A DNA stretch of 54,318 nt from Propionibacteriales bacterium. GTDB lineage: Bacteria; Actinomycetota; Actinomycetes; Propionibacteriales; Nocardioidaceae. The position numbers and the translations under genes were made by a program. Below the pieces are notes generated by a model. That model was not told the origin of the DNA. It was given only the letters and a program-made list of their open reading frames with translations, and searched no databases. The first letter of the stretch is position 1, and the number at the start of each line of letters is the position of its first letter. The stretch lies in the NCBI GenBank assembly GCA_038232255.1, contig JBBSIF010000001.1, forward strand, positions 1 through 54,318. Reading direction: 5' to 3'. Shown piece by piece: positions 43,228 to 52,463 of this stretch.

Positions 43228-44472
43228 ATGAACCCGGACGCCTGCGAGACCGTGGAGATCCGCGGTCATCTGATCGACAGCGGCATCTTGTCCCGCGTCC
43301 TCGAGGACATCCGCGAGTACGACGGTGACTACGTGATGGAGAAGGTCGAGATCGGCCACGAGAAGGACGACCTCTCGTACGCCCGCTTGCAGGTGTCTGC
43401 CGCCGACCAGGACGGACTGCAGCGGTTGCTGATGCGCGTGCAGACGCGTGGCGTGAACATGGTGGACCCGGGAGAGGTCGTCATCAGGGAGGCCACCCAG
43501 GCGGGCGTCTTTCCCGACGGGTTCTACTCGACGACGAACCTCGACACCTCAGTTCGCTACAACGGCAGCTGGATCAGGGTCGAGAACTCGGAGATGGACT
43601 GTGGACTCGTTCTCGAGACGACGAGCCCGCCACGCGTCTACACCCTGCCCATGTCCGACGTGCAGCCGGGCATGCGGGTGCTCTGCGAGGCCGGCGGGAT
43701 CAAGGTGGCGACGCCCGCCCCCATCTCGGGTGTTGGCGAGGTGTTCGGCTTCATGGAGTCTGACGTGTCGAGCGAGAAGCCGCAGGGGCTGCTGGTCCGC
43801 CAGGTCGCTGACGGGATGCGGGAGGCGCGCGCAGCGGGCCTGCGGGTGCTGTGGGTGGGTGGCCCGGGTGTGGTGCACACCGGTGCCGCGCCTGCCATGG
43901 TGGCGCTCGTCGAGGCGGGGTACGTCGACGTCCTCTTCGCCGGCAACGCGCTCGCCACGCACGACATCGAGGCATCGCTCTACGGCACGTCCCTCGGCGT
44001 CGACCTGGCGCTCGGCAAAGGCGTCGAGCACGGCCATGAGCACCACATCCGGGCGTTGAACACGATCCGCAAGGCGGGCTCCATCCGGGCCGCAGTGGAG
44101 TCCGGCGTGCTCACCGGCGGCATCATGCACGCCCTGGTGACCCACGAGAAGGAGTTCGTGCTGGTGGGGTCCGTCCGCGACGACGGCCCCCTCCCCGACG
44201 TGTACACAGACGTGATCGAGGGTCAGCGGGCGATGCGGAGCAAGCTGGCCGGCGTGGGCTTCTGCCTCATGGTGGCCACCATGCTGCACTCGGTCGCGAC
44301 CGGCAACATCCTGCCGGCGTCCGTTCCGCTCGTCTGCGTGGACATCAACCCCGCGACGGTGACGAAACTGGCCGACCGCGGCTCCAGCCAGGCACGCGGC
44401 ATCGTGACCGATGTCGGCCTGTTCCTCGAGCAGCTCGCGATGGAGCTGGTGCCGGCGTACCGCCGCTCCTGA
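43228..44472 (+). CDS. TIGR00300 / LOR-SDH conserved-region family protein (archaeal-type ornithine-cyclodeaminase-like)
   Basis: 414-aa ORF. The N-terminal ACT-like part (VEIRGHLIDSGILSRVLEDI) and a Rossmann-like part (VLWVGGPGVVHTGAAPAMVALVEAGYVDVLFAGNALATHDIE) match my memory of this family. The assignment is by recollection only. Confidence 0.7.
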   Translation: MNPDACETVEIRGHLIDSGILSRVLEDIREYDGDYVMEKVEIGHEKDDLSYARLQVSAADQDGLQRLLMRVQTRGVNMVDPGEVVIREATQAGVFPDGFYSTTNLDTSVRYNGSWIRVENSEMDCGLVLETTSPPRVYTLPMSDVQPGMRVLCEAGGIKVATPAPISGVGEVFGFMESDVSSEKPQGLLVRQVADGMREARAAGLRVLWVGGPGVVHTGAAPAMVALVEAGYVDVLFAGNALATHDIEASLYGTSLGVDLALGKGVEHGHEHHIRALNTIRKAGSIRAAVESGVLTGGIMHALVTHEKEFVLVGSVRDDGPLPDVYTDVIEGQRAMRSKLAGVGFCLMVATMLHSVATGNILPASVPLVCVDINPATVTKLADRGSSQARGIVTDVGLFLEQLAMELVPAYRRS

Positions 44473-44622
44473 TCGCGCCGCCACGCGCCCGCTGCTCCTC
44501 TCGTCGGAGTCTGCACGTGGGGCGGTCCCGGAAGCTGCTTCGTCAACCGCCGGGACCTGCTACTGGGCCGTCCCCGGGAAGGGCTCCAGTCATCTGCGGG
44601 TCGTACCCGTTGTCTCCGCCGG

Positions 44623-45309
44623 CTAATCAGGACCGGGGCTCTCGCCGGCGACGATCTGACTCGCGAGGTCCCGGATCTTGGTGTTGGAGTCCTTGGAGAC
44701 GCGGACCAGGAACTGGAACGCCCGATCGCTGTCGAGCGTGTACCGCTCCATGAGGATGCCGATGGCCCGGCCGATCTCGGTCCGCGACTCGAGCGCCTCG
44801 TTCAGGCTCTCGAGCTGCCTCGCGTACCCCAGGACCACCCGCGCGTGCCGGGCAACGAGCCGAGCCTCGTGCAGCGGCTCCTCGAAGCCGCCCACCCGCC
44901 GGGAGTAGAGGTTCAGGCCGGAGACCTGACGTCCGTTGCGCAGCCGGATCGCGATCTGCGACCGCACCCCTGCCGCTGCCGCCTTCCCCGCGTACTGCGG
45001 CCAGCGGGGGTCGGCGGCGAGGTCGGTCGCGACGACGAGCTCCTCCTCGGTCACCCCGTCGAAGCAGGGACCCTCCTGGAGCTCGTACTGCATGTTGTCC
45101 AGCTCGTGGGCGAACGTCTCGGTCTCGGCGGTCGTCTCGACCTGACCGGTGTCGGTGTGGAGAACCGTGATGCTCGCGAAGTCGACCCCAGGCACGGCGT
45201 CGACCGCCGTGTCGACGATGCGCCGGCGGGTGTCGGCGAGCGAGGAGGGCTCGTCCATCGACGAGGCGAGAGCGTCCATCACCTCGAGGAGGCGGCTGCT
45301 GCTTGACAT
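44623..45309 (-). CDS. GAF plus ANTAR domain RNA-binding antitermination regulator
   Basis: GAF-like N-terminal half, then the ANTAR signature LESRTEIGRAIGILMERYTLDSDRAFQFLVRVSKDSNTKIRDLASQIV. Start is the ATG at 45309. Confidence 0.87.
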   Translation of the reverse strand: MSSSSRLLEVMDALASSMDEPSSLADTRRRIVDTAVDAVPGVDFASITVLHTDTGQVETTAETETFAHELDNMQYELQEGPCFDGVTEEELVVATDLAADPRWPQYAGKAAAAGVRSQIAIRLRNGRQVSGLNLYSRRVGGFEEPLHEARLVARHARVVLGYARQLESLNEALESRTEIGRAIGILMERYTLDSDRAFQFLVRVSKDSNTKIRDLASQIVAGESPGPD

Positions 45310-45351
45310 GGTGCTCGCCTTTCGACGCAGGGCCTGCCCGGAGCCTTCACA

Positions 45352-45388
45352 GGGACAACGGCAGAGACATGGACGATACCGTTGTCCC
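45352..45388 (-). terminator. Perfect 10-bp hairpin between the EEP gene and the ANTAR gene
   Basis: GGGACAACGG (45352-45361), a 17-nt loop, then CCGTTGTCCC (45379-45388). It lies 13 nt after the EEP stop and has no U-tract. Confidence 0.4.
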
Positions 45389-45400
45389 GGGCCAGCGGGG

Positions 45401-46084
45401 TCAGACGGCCCCGCCGATGACGATCCGCGCCAGGACGGGCAGGTGGTCGCTGGCCTCCGACAGCAGGCCATCCGGCAGCTGCGGTACGACGTGCTCCAGC
45501 ACCCGCACGTTCCGGACCAGGAGGCCGTCGATCCGCTTCGTGGGGGCGTGGACCGGCGAGGTGAAGGCGGACGGGTCAGCGAAGTCGAGAAGTCCGGCGC
45601 GGTGGAACACCCGCCAGGCGGGCTTGCCGGGACGCTCGTTGAGGTCGCCGGCCAGCACCACCGGCCCCTTCAGCTTCGCGGCGTCCGAGACGGCCTCCGT
45701 CGCCTCGAACGGACGCGACCTGTCCAGCAGGGACAGGTGCACCCCGACGACGGCGAACTGGACCCCGTCCACCGCGCACTGCGCGGTGACGATCCCGCGC
45801 CGGGGCTTCAACCGTGGTTGCGGCAGCCGTCGGGCGCCCGTGGCCACCACCTGCACCCGCTGCGAGACGCAGATCATGTTGCTGCCGGCGTCGCGTCCGC
45901 CACCGGCGCGCCGCATCCCCCACGAGCGGGCAAGCCGGTTGCACTGCCAGCGCCAGACGAGCGGGATCTTCGGCGTCTCATTGACCACGAGGACGTCAGG
46001 AGCGAGCGCGACGACGGCTTCCCGGAGACGGGCGCGATGACGCGCCCCGTAGACGTTGTAGCTCACGACCGTCAGAACGGCCAC
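45401..46084 (-). CDS. Endonuclease/exonuclease/phosphatase (EEP) family protein
   Basis: Contains VVSYNV, VVNET, GDLNE and SDHLPV motifs characteristic of EEP hydrolases. Confidence 0.85.
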   Translation of the reverse strand: MAVLTVVSYNVYGARHRARLREAVVALAPDVLVVNETPKIPLVWRWQCNRLARSWGMRRAGGGRDAGSNMICVSQRVQVVATGARRLPQPRLKPRRGIVTAQCAVDGVQFAVVGVHLSLLDRSRPFEATEAVSDAAKLKGPVVLAGDLNERPGKPAWRVFHRAGLLDFADPSAFTSPVHAPTKRIDGLLVRNVRVLEHVVPQLPDGLLSEASDHLPVLARIVIGGAV

Positions 46085-46115
46085 GAGACCCCTGCCTCAC
46101 CTGCTCCGGTGCAAG

Positions 46116-47060
46116 TCACCGACGCCGGGCGAGGTCGGCGACTCCGGACATTCCGGCCGAGTTGCCCAGCGCCGCTAGGCGAATCTCCAGCTCCGGACGG
46201 TGGCCTCGCCCGGAGAGCTGATGGCGGTAGGCCTCGCGGGTCGGGTCAAGAAGGAGGCTCCCCGCCTCCGAGACCCCTCCACCGATCACGACGACACCGG
46301 GGTCGAACGCGCTCGCCAGGTCGGCGAGGCCCTGCCCCAGCCACCTCCCGATGGTGGCGAACGCCTCGATGCACAGCGGGTCACCGGCCTGGGCCGCCGC
46401 CGTGATCATCGGACCGGTGATGGCGGTGGGATCGCCCGCGGCTGCTTTCAGGATTGCGGCGGCCCGCGGGGACCCGGCGGTGGCGGCGTCCCTGACCTCG
46501 TGGACGAGGGCCCGTCCACTCGCGTACTGCTCCCAGCAGCCCAGGTTGCCGCAGCCGCACAGCCGTCCCTCGGGCACCGCCCGGATGTGCCCGAACTCCC
46601 CCGCGATCCCGAACGTGCCACGAAACAGCTCCCCCTTCAGCACAATGCCGCCACCCATGCCGGTGCCGAGTGCCACCATCAGCAGCTCGTCGACGTCTGC
46701 GCCGGCGCCGAAGCGGAACTCGCCCCACGCCGCCGCGTTCGCGTCGTTCTCGACGACGGTGGGAAGCTCGACGGCGTCCTCGACGATGCGCTTCAACGGC
46801 TCGTTGCGCAAGGCGAGGTTCGCTGCGAACAGCACAGTGGCGCGCTGCGCGTCGATGTAACCGGCGGCAGCGATGCCGACAGCCTCGATCTCATGGTGAG
46901 ATCGCAGCTGCTGCACGAGAGCGATGATCGCGTCCTCGGTGGCGCGGGCCTCCTGCGCCGGGGTGACGCGTCGCTGCGTCTCGACGATCGTGCCGTCCGG
47001 GTTGACAACGCCGGCAGCGATCTTGGTGCCGCCGACGTCGACGCCTATGGTCAAAGTCAC
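46116..47060 (-). CDS. glk: ROK-family glucokinase
   Basis: Contains IGVDVGGTKIAAG, ENDANAAAWGE, GTGMGGG and the ROK zinc motif GHIRAVPEGRLCGCGNLGCWE. The GTG at 47060 is preceded by GAAGGAGG. Confidence 0.9.
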   Translation of the reverse strand: MTLTIGVDVGGTKIAAGVVNPDGTIVETQRRVTPAQEARATEDAIIALVQQLRSHHEIEAVGIAAAGYIDAQRATVLFAANLALRNEPLKRIVEDAVELPTVVENDANAAAWGEFRFGAGADVDELLMVALGTGMGGGIVLKGELFRGTFGIAGEFGHIRAVPEGRLCGCGNLGCWEQYASGRALVHEVRDAATAGSPRAAAILKAAAGDPTAITGPMITAAAQAGDPLCIEAFATIGRWLGQGLADLASAFDPGVVVIGGGVSEAGSLLLDPTREAYRHQLSGRGHRPELEIRLAALGNSAGMSGVADLARRR

Positions 47061-47177
47061 GTGTCCTCCTTCGTGCAGTCGATCGTCTCGAATCGGGCGG
47101 CGCGCCGAGGCCGTCTCGAGGCAGTCGGGGTGCTGGCGACGCCCCGCCTGCAAAGCAGGGGGCACGCATCCTGCCAG

Positions 47178-47615
47178 TCAGCTTCCGAGCTCCACGCGGC
47201 GTTTGAGCCCTTTGAGGGCGGTGTCGATGACGACGCGTTCACCCTTGCGCTTGAGCAGGCCGATCATCGGGATGGCAAGGTCGACGCTGAGCTGGTACGT
47301 CACCTCGGTGACGCCGACCCCCGAGCTCAGGATGTAGGCGCCTGCCATGTCCTTCAGCATCGTGGCCCGCACCAGCGACCACCTCACCTGCCTGACGCCG
47401 TCCCATTGGTAGCTGAGCGTGTACTCGTCCTTGATCGGCGCGGCGTCCAGCACGAACGCCACCTCGTCAGCCCGGCCGTCGTCGAGGGTGCTCAGCACCT
47501 GCGTCGACTTCACCCCCTTGGCCCAGGCGGGGTAGCTCTCGAAGTCGGCGATGACAGCCATGATGCTCGCGGGGTCAGCGTCGATCACGATGCTCGACGT
47601 CGTGGAGTCTGCCAT
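47178..47615 (-). CDS. SRPBCC (polyketide cyclase/dehydrase-like) family protein
   Basis: 145-aa ORF. SIVIDADPASIMAVIADFESYPAW is a typical START/SRPBCC N-terminus. Confidence 0.85.
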   Translation of the reverse strand: MADSTTSSIVIDADPASIMAVIADFESYPAWAKGVKSTQVLSTLDDGRADEVAFVLDAAPIKDEYTLSYQWDGVRQVRWSLVRATMLKDMAGAYILSSGVGVTEVTYQLSVDLAIPMIGLLKRKGERVVIDTALKGLKRRVELGS

Positions 47616-48081
47616 CGGGCGCTGCCCCTTCGCTGGTGATGCCGGTCGGCAGCCTGAGGCGACGTCGCCGCGTGCCCTGCCCGTCCTGAGACGCTGAGGA
47701 TACTCGCTCGCCCACAGGCACGAGCGCCGTACCGAGGGGGCGGCGCACCTCGAGGATCCTCTTCATCTCGAGCAGCTGCCGCTTCAAGGGCAGCACGTAA
47801 CGGCGCAGCACTCGCCGGCGCGACCCGCCTGCCGGTGGGTCGGCTCGCACGTAGACGTGGACGATCGTGCCGTCGCCGTGCTCCTGCAGCCACACCTCGG
47901 CGGTGCCCGTCAGCTCGCCCGCGACGGTCCAGCGGACGCCGAGACGTCCTCTGTCGTCGTACGGCGTCAGGACGAGACCCGGGAACCAGGACTGCCAAAG
48001 CACCTCGTCGCATAGGACCCGGCGAAGCAGGTCCGGCTCAGCGACGATGAACAGCTCGTCGATGATGTCGATGGCCGGCAT
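47575..48081 (-). CDS. Second SRPBCC-like hypothetical protein
   Basis: This is the last 168 codons of a spurious 970-aa track ORF. The ATG at 48081 is preceded by AGAGGGAGA. The N-terminus is IDELFIVAEPDLLRRVLCDEVLWQSWFPG. Its 3' end overlaps the next gene by 41 nt. Confidence 0.62.
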   Translation of the reverse strand: MPAIDIIDELFIVAEPDLLRRVLCDEVLWQSWFPGLVLTPYDDRGRLGVRWTVAGELTGTAEVWLQEHGDGTIVHVYVRADPPAGGSRRRVLRRYVLPLKRQLLEMKRILEVRRPLGTALVPVGERVSSASQDGQGTRRRRLRLPTGITSEGAAPDGRLHDVEHRDRR

Positions 48082-48165
48082 CGCTGTCTCCCTCTGCGCG
48101 TTGTCCACCCGGGCATGCACGGCGATAGCCTGCACGAGGCCACACGGCGGAAGGGCGGAGGGCCT

Positions 48166-49950
48166 GTGCGGGAGTACGCGGCATCCCCGACCTTCGTCGT
48201 GCCCAAGGCAGGGAACCTGACGGACGACGTCGTCCGCAACGCTGAGCGCTACGGCGACCTGGTCGGGTTCCGCCGCCGGGTCGGTCCCGGCTGGCGCGAC
48301 GTGACGTGGGCCGAGTTCCTTGTCGACGTGACGGCGACGGCGAAGGGCCTCATCGGCGCCGGGGTCGCATGCGGGCAGCGCGTCGCGCTGATGTCCAGGA
48401 CCCGGTACGAGTGGACGGTTCTCGACTACGCCATCTGGTTCACCGGCGCCGTCACCGTGCCCATCTACGCGACGTCGTCGACGGAGCAGGTCCGATGGGT
48501 CCTCGAGAGCTCCCAGGCGGTGCTCGTCGTCGCCGAGACGGCCGAGCACGCCGCGCGCATCGACGACGCACGGTCCGGTCTTGCGGACCTGCGGCGCGTG
48601 GTCTGTCTCGAGGGCGGTGGGCTGGCTGAGCTGGTGCGGGCGGGTTCGGGCCTCGCGGACGCCACCGTGCAGGACCGCCGCCGAGAGGCGACCCCCGACA
48701 CTCTCGCGACGGTGGTCTACACGTCCGGCACGACCGGGCGGCCGAGAGGCTGCTGCCTGACGCACGGCAACGTCATGTTCCAGGGAGGCGTGGCGACCTC
48801 GCTGCTGCCGGAGCTGTTCGACGCCGACGCGGCCAGCACCTTGCTCTTCCTGCCGCTCGCACACGTCTTCGCACGGGTGGTCGGGGTGGCTTGCGTCCAG
48901 GCGCGGGTGCGCGTCGGGCACACGGCGGAGATCACGGACCTCTTGGACGACCTCCGGTCGTTCTCGCCCACGTTCGTCCTTGCCGTCCCCCGGGTCTTCG
49001 AGACCGTCTTCAACACCGCCAGCCGACGCGCCGCCACGAACGGCAAGGCGCGGCTGTTCGGCGCCGCTGTCTCCACCGCCGTCGCGTACAGCCGGGCGAG
49101 CGACGGGAGCGGCCCCGGGCTGCTGCTGCGCGGACGCCACCGGGTCTTCGACCGGCTGGTGTACGCGAAGCTCCGGACGGCCCTCGGCGGACGCCTGCGG
49201 TGGGCCGTCTCCGGTGGCGCACCGTTCGGCGAGCGGTTGGCACACTTCTACCGGGGAGCGGGCGTTGCGGTGCTCGAGGGCTACGGCCTCACCGAGACCA
49301 CCGCTGCGGTGACCGTGAACCTGCCACGGATCCAGCGAGGAGGAAGCGTCGGTCGGCCGTTGCCGGGGACGACCGTCCGGGTCGCGGACGACGGGGAGCT
49401 GGTGATGAGGGGGAGCCAGGTGTTCGCCGGCTACTGGCGAGACGAGCAGTCGACCGCCGAGTGTCTCGTCGACGGCTGGTTCTTCACCGGCGACGTCGGC
49501 GAGGTGGACGACGACGGGTTCGTCCGGGTCACCGGTCGGAAGAAGGAGGTCCTGGTGACCGCCGGCGGCAAGAACGTCGCGCCTGGCGTGCTGGAGGACC
49601 GCGTGCGGGCCTCCCCGCTGGTCGGCCAGTGCATGGTCGTGAGCGAGAGCAGGCCGTTCGTCGCCGCGCTCATCACCTTGGACTCCCGTGCCGTCACGGC
49701 CTGGCTGGCGGCCCGCCGCAGAACGGCCACGATCGCCGACCTGGTCCACGACCCGCAGATGCTGGCCGAGGTGCAGCGCGCGGTGGACGACGCGAACGCG
49801 TCCGTCTCCCGGGCCGAGGCCATCCGGACCTTCGCCATCCTCACCGCGGAGTGGAGCGAGGAGACCGGCGAGCTGACGCCGACGCTGGAGCTCAGGCGAA
49901 GCCTGGTGGCGGCGAAGTTCGCCGCCGACGTCGAGGCTCTCTACCTCTGA
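48166..49950 (+). CDS. Long-chain fatty-acid--CoA ligase (FadD15-like AMP-binding enzyme)
   Basis: AMP-binding motifs VVYTSGTTGRPRG, GYGLTETT, TGDVGEVDDDGF and GRKKEVLVTAGGKNVAP. The GTG at 48166 follows GGAAGGGCGGAGGG. Confidence 0.9.
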   Translation: MREYAASPTFVVPKAGNLTDDVVRNAERYGDLVGFRRRVGPGWRDVTWAEFLVDVTATAKGLIGAGVACGQRVALMSRTRYEWTVLDYAIWFTGAVTVPIYATSSTEQVRWVLESSQAVLVVAETAEHAARIDDARSGLADLRRVVCLEGGGLAELVRAGSGLADATVQDRRREATPDTLATVVYTSGTTGRPRGCCLTHGNVMFQGGVATSLLPELFDADAASTLLFLPLAHVFARVVGVACVQARVRVGHTAEITDLLDDLRSFSPTFVLAVPRVFETVFNTASRRAATNGKARLFGAAVSTAVAYSRASDGSGPGLLLRGRHRVFDRLVYAKLRTALGGRLRWAVSGGAPFGERLAHFYRGAGVAVLEGYGLTETTAAVTVNLPRIQRGGSVGRPLPGTTVRVADDGELVMRGSQVFAGYWRDEQSTAECLVDGWFFTGDVGEVDDDGFVRVTGRKKEVLVTAGGKNVAPGVLEDRVRASPLVGQCMVVSESRPFVAALITLDSRAVTAWLAARRRTATIADLVHDPQMLAEVQRAVDDANASVSRAEAIRTFAILTAEWSEETGELTPTLELRRSLVAAKFAADVEALYL

Positions 49951-49988
49951 CTCCCGACCGGGCCAGCGGGGCAGCGCTGGGTTCGGCG

Positions 49989-51131
49989 TCAGGCGCCATC
50001 GACCAGCAGCAGCTCGCGCAGCGTGCTGCCTGCGACTGACGCGGAGTACCGCTGCTGCACGAAGGCCCGTCCTCGCGAGCCCATCGCGGAGCGCCGCCCC
50101 GGGTCGGCAAGCAGGGAGCACAGCGCAGCCGCCACGTCCCCGGGACTTCGCGGGTCGACCACATAGCCGGTCTCGCCGGCGACGATGGTCTCCGGGGCTC
50201 CGCCGGACGCGCCGAGGACGACCGGGAGCCCACAAGAGGCAGCCTCGAGGAAGACGATTCCCAGCGCCTCGGGCTCCAGGCCGCGGAGGCGGGTGCGGCA
50301 TGGAACGGCGAAGACGTCCGCGGCGGCGTACACGAGCGGCATGTCCGAGTATGGGGCGTCGAGCAGGAAGCGCACCGATCCGGCCAGCGCCGGCCGTGCG
50401 GCCGCTCGTTGCAACCGCCCGCGCGCCGGCCCGTCGCCGACGACGACCAGGACGGCGTCCGGATGGGCCGCCAGCACGGTGGGCCACGCGGCGAGCAGGA
50501 CGTCATGGCCTTTGCGGGCCACCAGTCGCGACGCCGCGAGCACCACCTGCGAGTCCTCGCCGATGCCGAGGCGGCTCCGCAGCGCGCGGCCATCGAGGCC
50601 GGGACGGAACCTCTCGGGGTCGATCCCGGGCGACAGCCGCGTCAGCTTCCGGGCGTCCGCGGGAGGCAGCGCCCGGACGATCTCCGTGCGGCAGAACTCA
50701 CTGACGTAGGTGAGTACGTCGACCTCGGCGGCTATCCGCCGGAGCAGGGCGCGGGTTCCCGCCACACTGGACCACCAGACCTCATGGCCGTGGGTGAGCC
50801 CGACCATGCGCCGTACGCCGACGGCTCGAAGAGCCGGCGCGAGCAGACCGAGCGGAGCCGACGCACCGAACAGCACGCGGTCGCAACCGTGCCGGACCGC
50901 GACCCGTTGAGCCGACCGCGCGACGCGAGGAGTGGGAAGAAGCACGCGGCTGCTGTCGCGCACGACGGGATACCGCAGCGGCTCGTCGACGATCTGCGAG
51001 TCCGCCATCCGGGCCGTGTAGACGACCACGTCCTCGGCCGGCAGGCTGGCGCACAACGACAGGACGAAGGACTCGATTCCGCCGCGCCGGGGCGGGAAGT
51101 CGTTCGTGACGACGAGGACCTTGGAGCCCAT
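49989..51131 (-). CDS. GT4-family glycosyltransferase (PimB-like mannosyltransferase)
   Basis: Contains VLVVTNDFPPRRGGIESF and the C-terminal GT4 EX7E region (EALGIVFLEAASCGLPVV). Its position next to the fadD15-like gene mirrors pimB in mycobacteria. Confidence 0.86.
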   Translation of the reverse strand: MGSKVLVVTNDFPPRRGGIESFVLSLCASLPAEDVVVYTARMADSQIVDEPLRYPVVRDSSRVLLPTPRVARSAQRVAVRHGCDRVLFGASAPLGLLAPALRAVGVRRMVGLTHGHEVWWSSVAGTRALLRRIAAEVDVLTYVSEFCRTEIVRALPPADARKLTRLSPGIDPERFRPGLDGRALRSRLGIGEDSQVVLAASRLVARKGHDVLLAAWPTVLAAHPDAVLVVVGDGPARGRLQRAAARPALAGSVRFLLDAPYSDMPLVYAAADVFAVPCRTRLRGLEPEALGIVFLEAASCGLPVVLGASGGAPETIVAGETGYVVDPRSPGDVAAALCSLLADPGRRSAMGSRGRAFVQQRYSASVAGSTLRELLLVDGA

Positions 51132-51173
51132 CAGCGGGGCGTGCTCAGGGCGGCGCAGGCTCGGGGCGGCGGG

Positions 51174-52463
51174 TCAGCCGTCACGGGCCAGCCTCTCGAG
51201 ATTGCGGCGCCAGCTCTGCGTGAACGCGGCGCGCGACGTGTGCAGCACTGACGAGAAGGCTGCATCGATGCCGTCCGGATGCGCCTGCACCTCGCGGTAG
51301 AACGCGACGAGGGCGCTGCGGCCGTGCCGCCGCGCGATCAGGGTGGCGGCTAGCCACGCCTGCTCGTAGGTGGCCTCCAGCGAGGCGCCTCGGATGGCGA
51401 ACGAGGCGTCGTCGGGGAGCCTGGCAGGCGCGTCCTGTCGCCGTACCAGCCGCAGGGCCGCGCTGGCGGCAACCGGCGTGGGCACGGCGACGGCGCCGAT
51501 CCCGACGTAGTCCGCGAAGCCCTCCGCCACCCACAGCGGCATGTCAACGGTCGCGGCCCCGGTGGCGGCGTGGGTGGCTTCATGCGCGACGACGACGTGC
51601 GCGCCGACGGGCCCCAGCGTGTCGAAGACGGCGGGGTTGACGACGATGGCCACGGGTGTCGACGCGGCGTGCGACCCGTCGACCGTCGTCGTGACCGCGG
51701 CGATGCCGGCGTCGTCGTAGACGGTCGCACCGACGAGCGCGGCGAACTGGCGTGGAGTGGAGGGCTCGTAGCCAACCAGCCGCCCATGCCAGCCCGGCAG
51801 CACGTCGCCGACCGCGGCGACGGCCGACCGCAGGAGGCGGCTCAGCCGCGTGGCCGTCGTTTCATCCGCGGTCGCCACCAGGGTTCGCGGGCTCCGGCGA
51901 ACCTCGAGAGCGGGCAGCAGCCAGATCGGGAGCCTGGCGTGGTCAGCGGTCTCGATCCCGGTGAGCAGCGCGCGTCCGCCGGAGTCCGCGAAGCGGTACA
52001 CGAGGACGGAGGAGCTCGGCGAGGCGTCGAAACCAGCCGCTCGCCACGAGACGTCGATGCCGATGCTCCACGTGTCTGCGTGCCTGGAGGTCGCGTTCGA
52101 GGTCAGCCGGGAACCGGCTATGACGACTCCGAGCGCTACCAGGTTCGCGTACGCGTCGCTGGCCGCTCGTTGCGTGGCCGGCGCGTCGAGCCAGTCGGCG
52201 AGGAAGCCTCGGCGGTCGCGTTCCCGGAGGGCCCTGACCTGGCGCTGAACGACGGCGGCGGCGAGGGTCTCCCGCGACGACGCCGCCGACCATGACGACG
52301 ATCCAGACACGAGGCCTGGGGTTGCCGGGGCCGGCGCTGCCGGACGCTGCCGGACGGCTCCATCGGTGCTGGTGTCGGTGCTCGTGTCACCGGTGAAGCC
52401 GCAGCCGCTCGTCACAACGGCGACGGCCAGGCCGGCGGCCGTCAACCGACGCGTCGGGCCCAC
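51174..52463 (-). CDS. Lipoprotein with MA-clan zinc-metallopeptidase-like motif
   Basis: Lipobox signal (RRLTAAGLAVAVVTSGC), HExxH (VVAHEATHAA) and a downstream WVAEGFADY glutamate motif, as in Peptidase_MA_2-type proteins. It overlaps the upstream RipC-like gene by 22 nt. Confidence 0.7.
   Translation of the reverse strand: MGPTRRLTAAGLAVAVVTSGCGFTGDTSTDTSTDGAVRQRPAAPAPATPGLVSGSSSWSAASSRETLAAAVVQRQVRALRERDRRGFLADWLDAPATQRAASDAYANLVALGVVIAGSRLTSNATSRHADTWSIGIDVSWRAAGFDASPSSSVLVYRFADSGGRALLTGIETADHARLPIWLLPALEVRRSPRTLVATADETTATRLSRLLRSAVAAVGDVLPGWHGRLVGYEPSTPRQFAALVGATVYDDAGIAAVTTTVDGSHAASTPVAIVVNPAVFDTLGPVGAHVVVAHEATHAATGAATVDMPLWVAEGFADYVGIGAVAVPTPVAASAALRLVRRQDAPARLPDDASFAIRGASLEATYEQAWLAATLIARRHGRSALVAFYREVQAHPDGIDAAFSSVLHTSRAAFTQSWRRNLERLARDG

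Noticed and set aside
44524-44557. 8-bp stem (GGTCCCGG/CCGGGACC, 18-nt loop) between the convergent TIGR00300 and ANTAR genes, considered as a terminator or ANTAR target.
   Set aside because: The stem is short, there is no U-tract, and there is no dual hexaloop architecture expected for ANTAR-binding sites.
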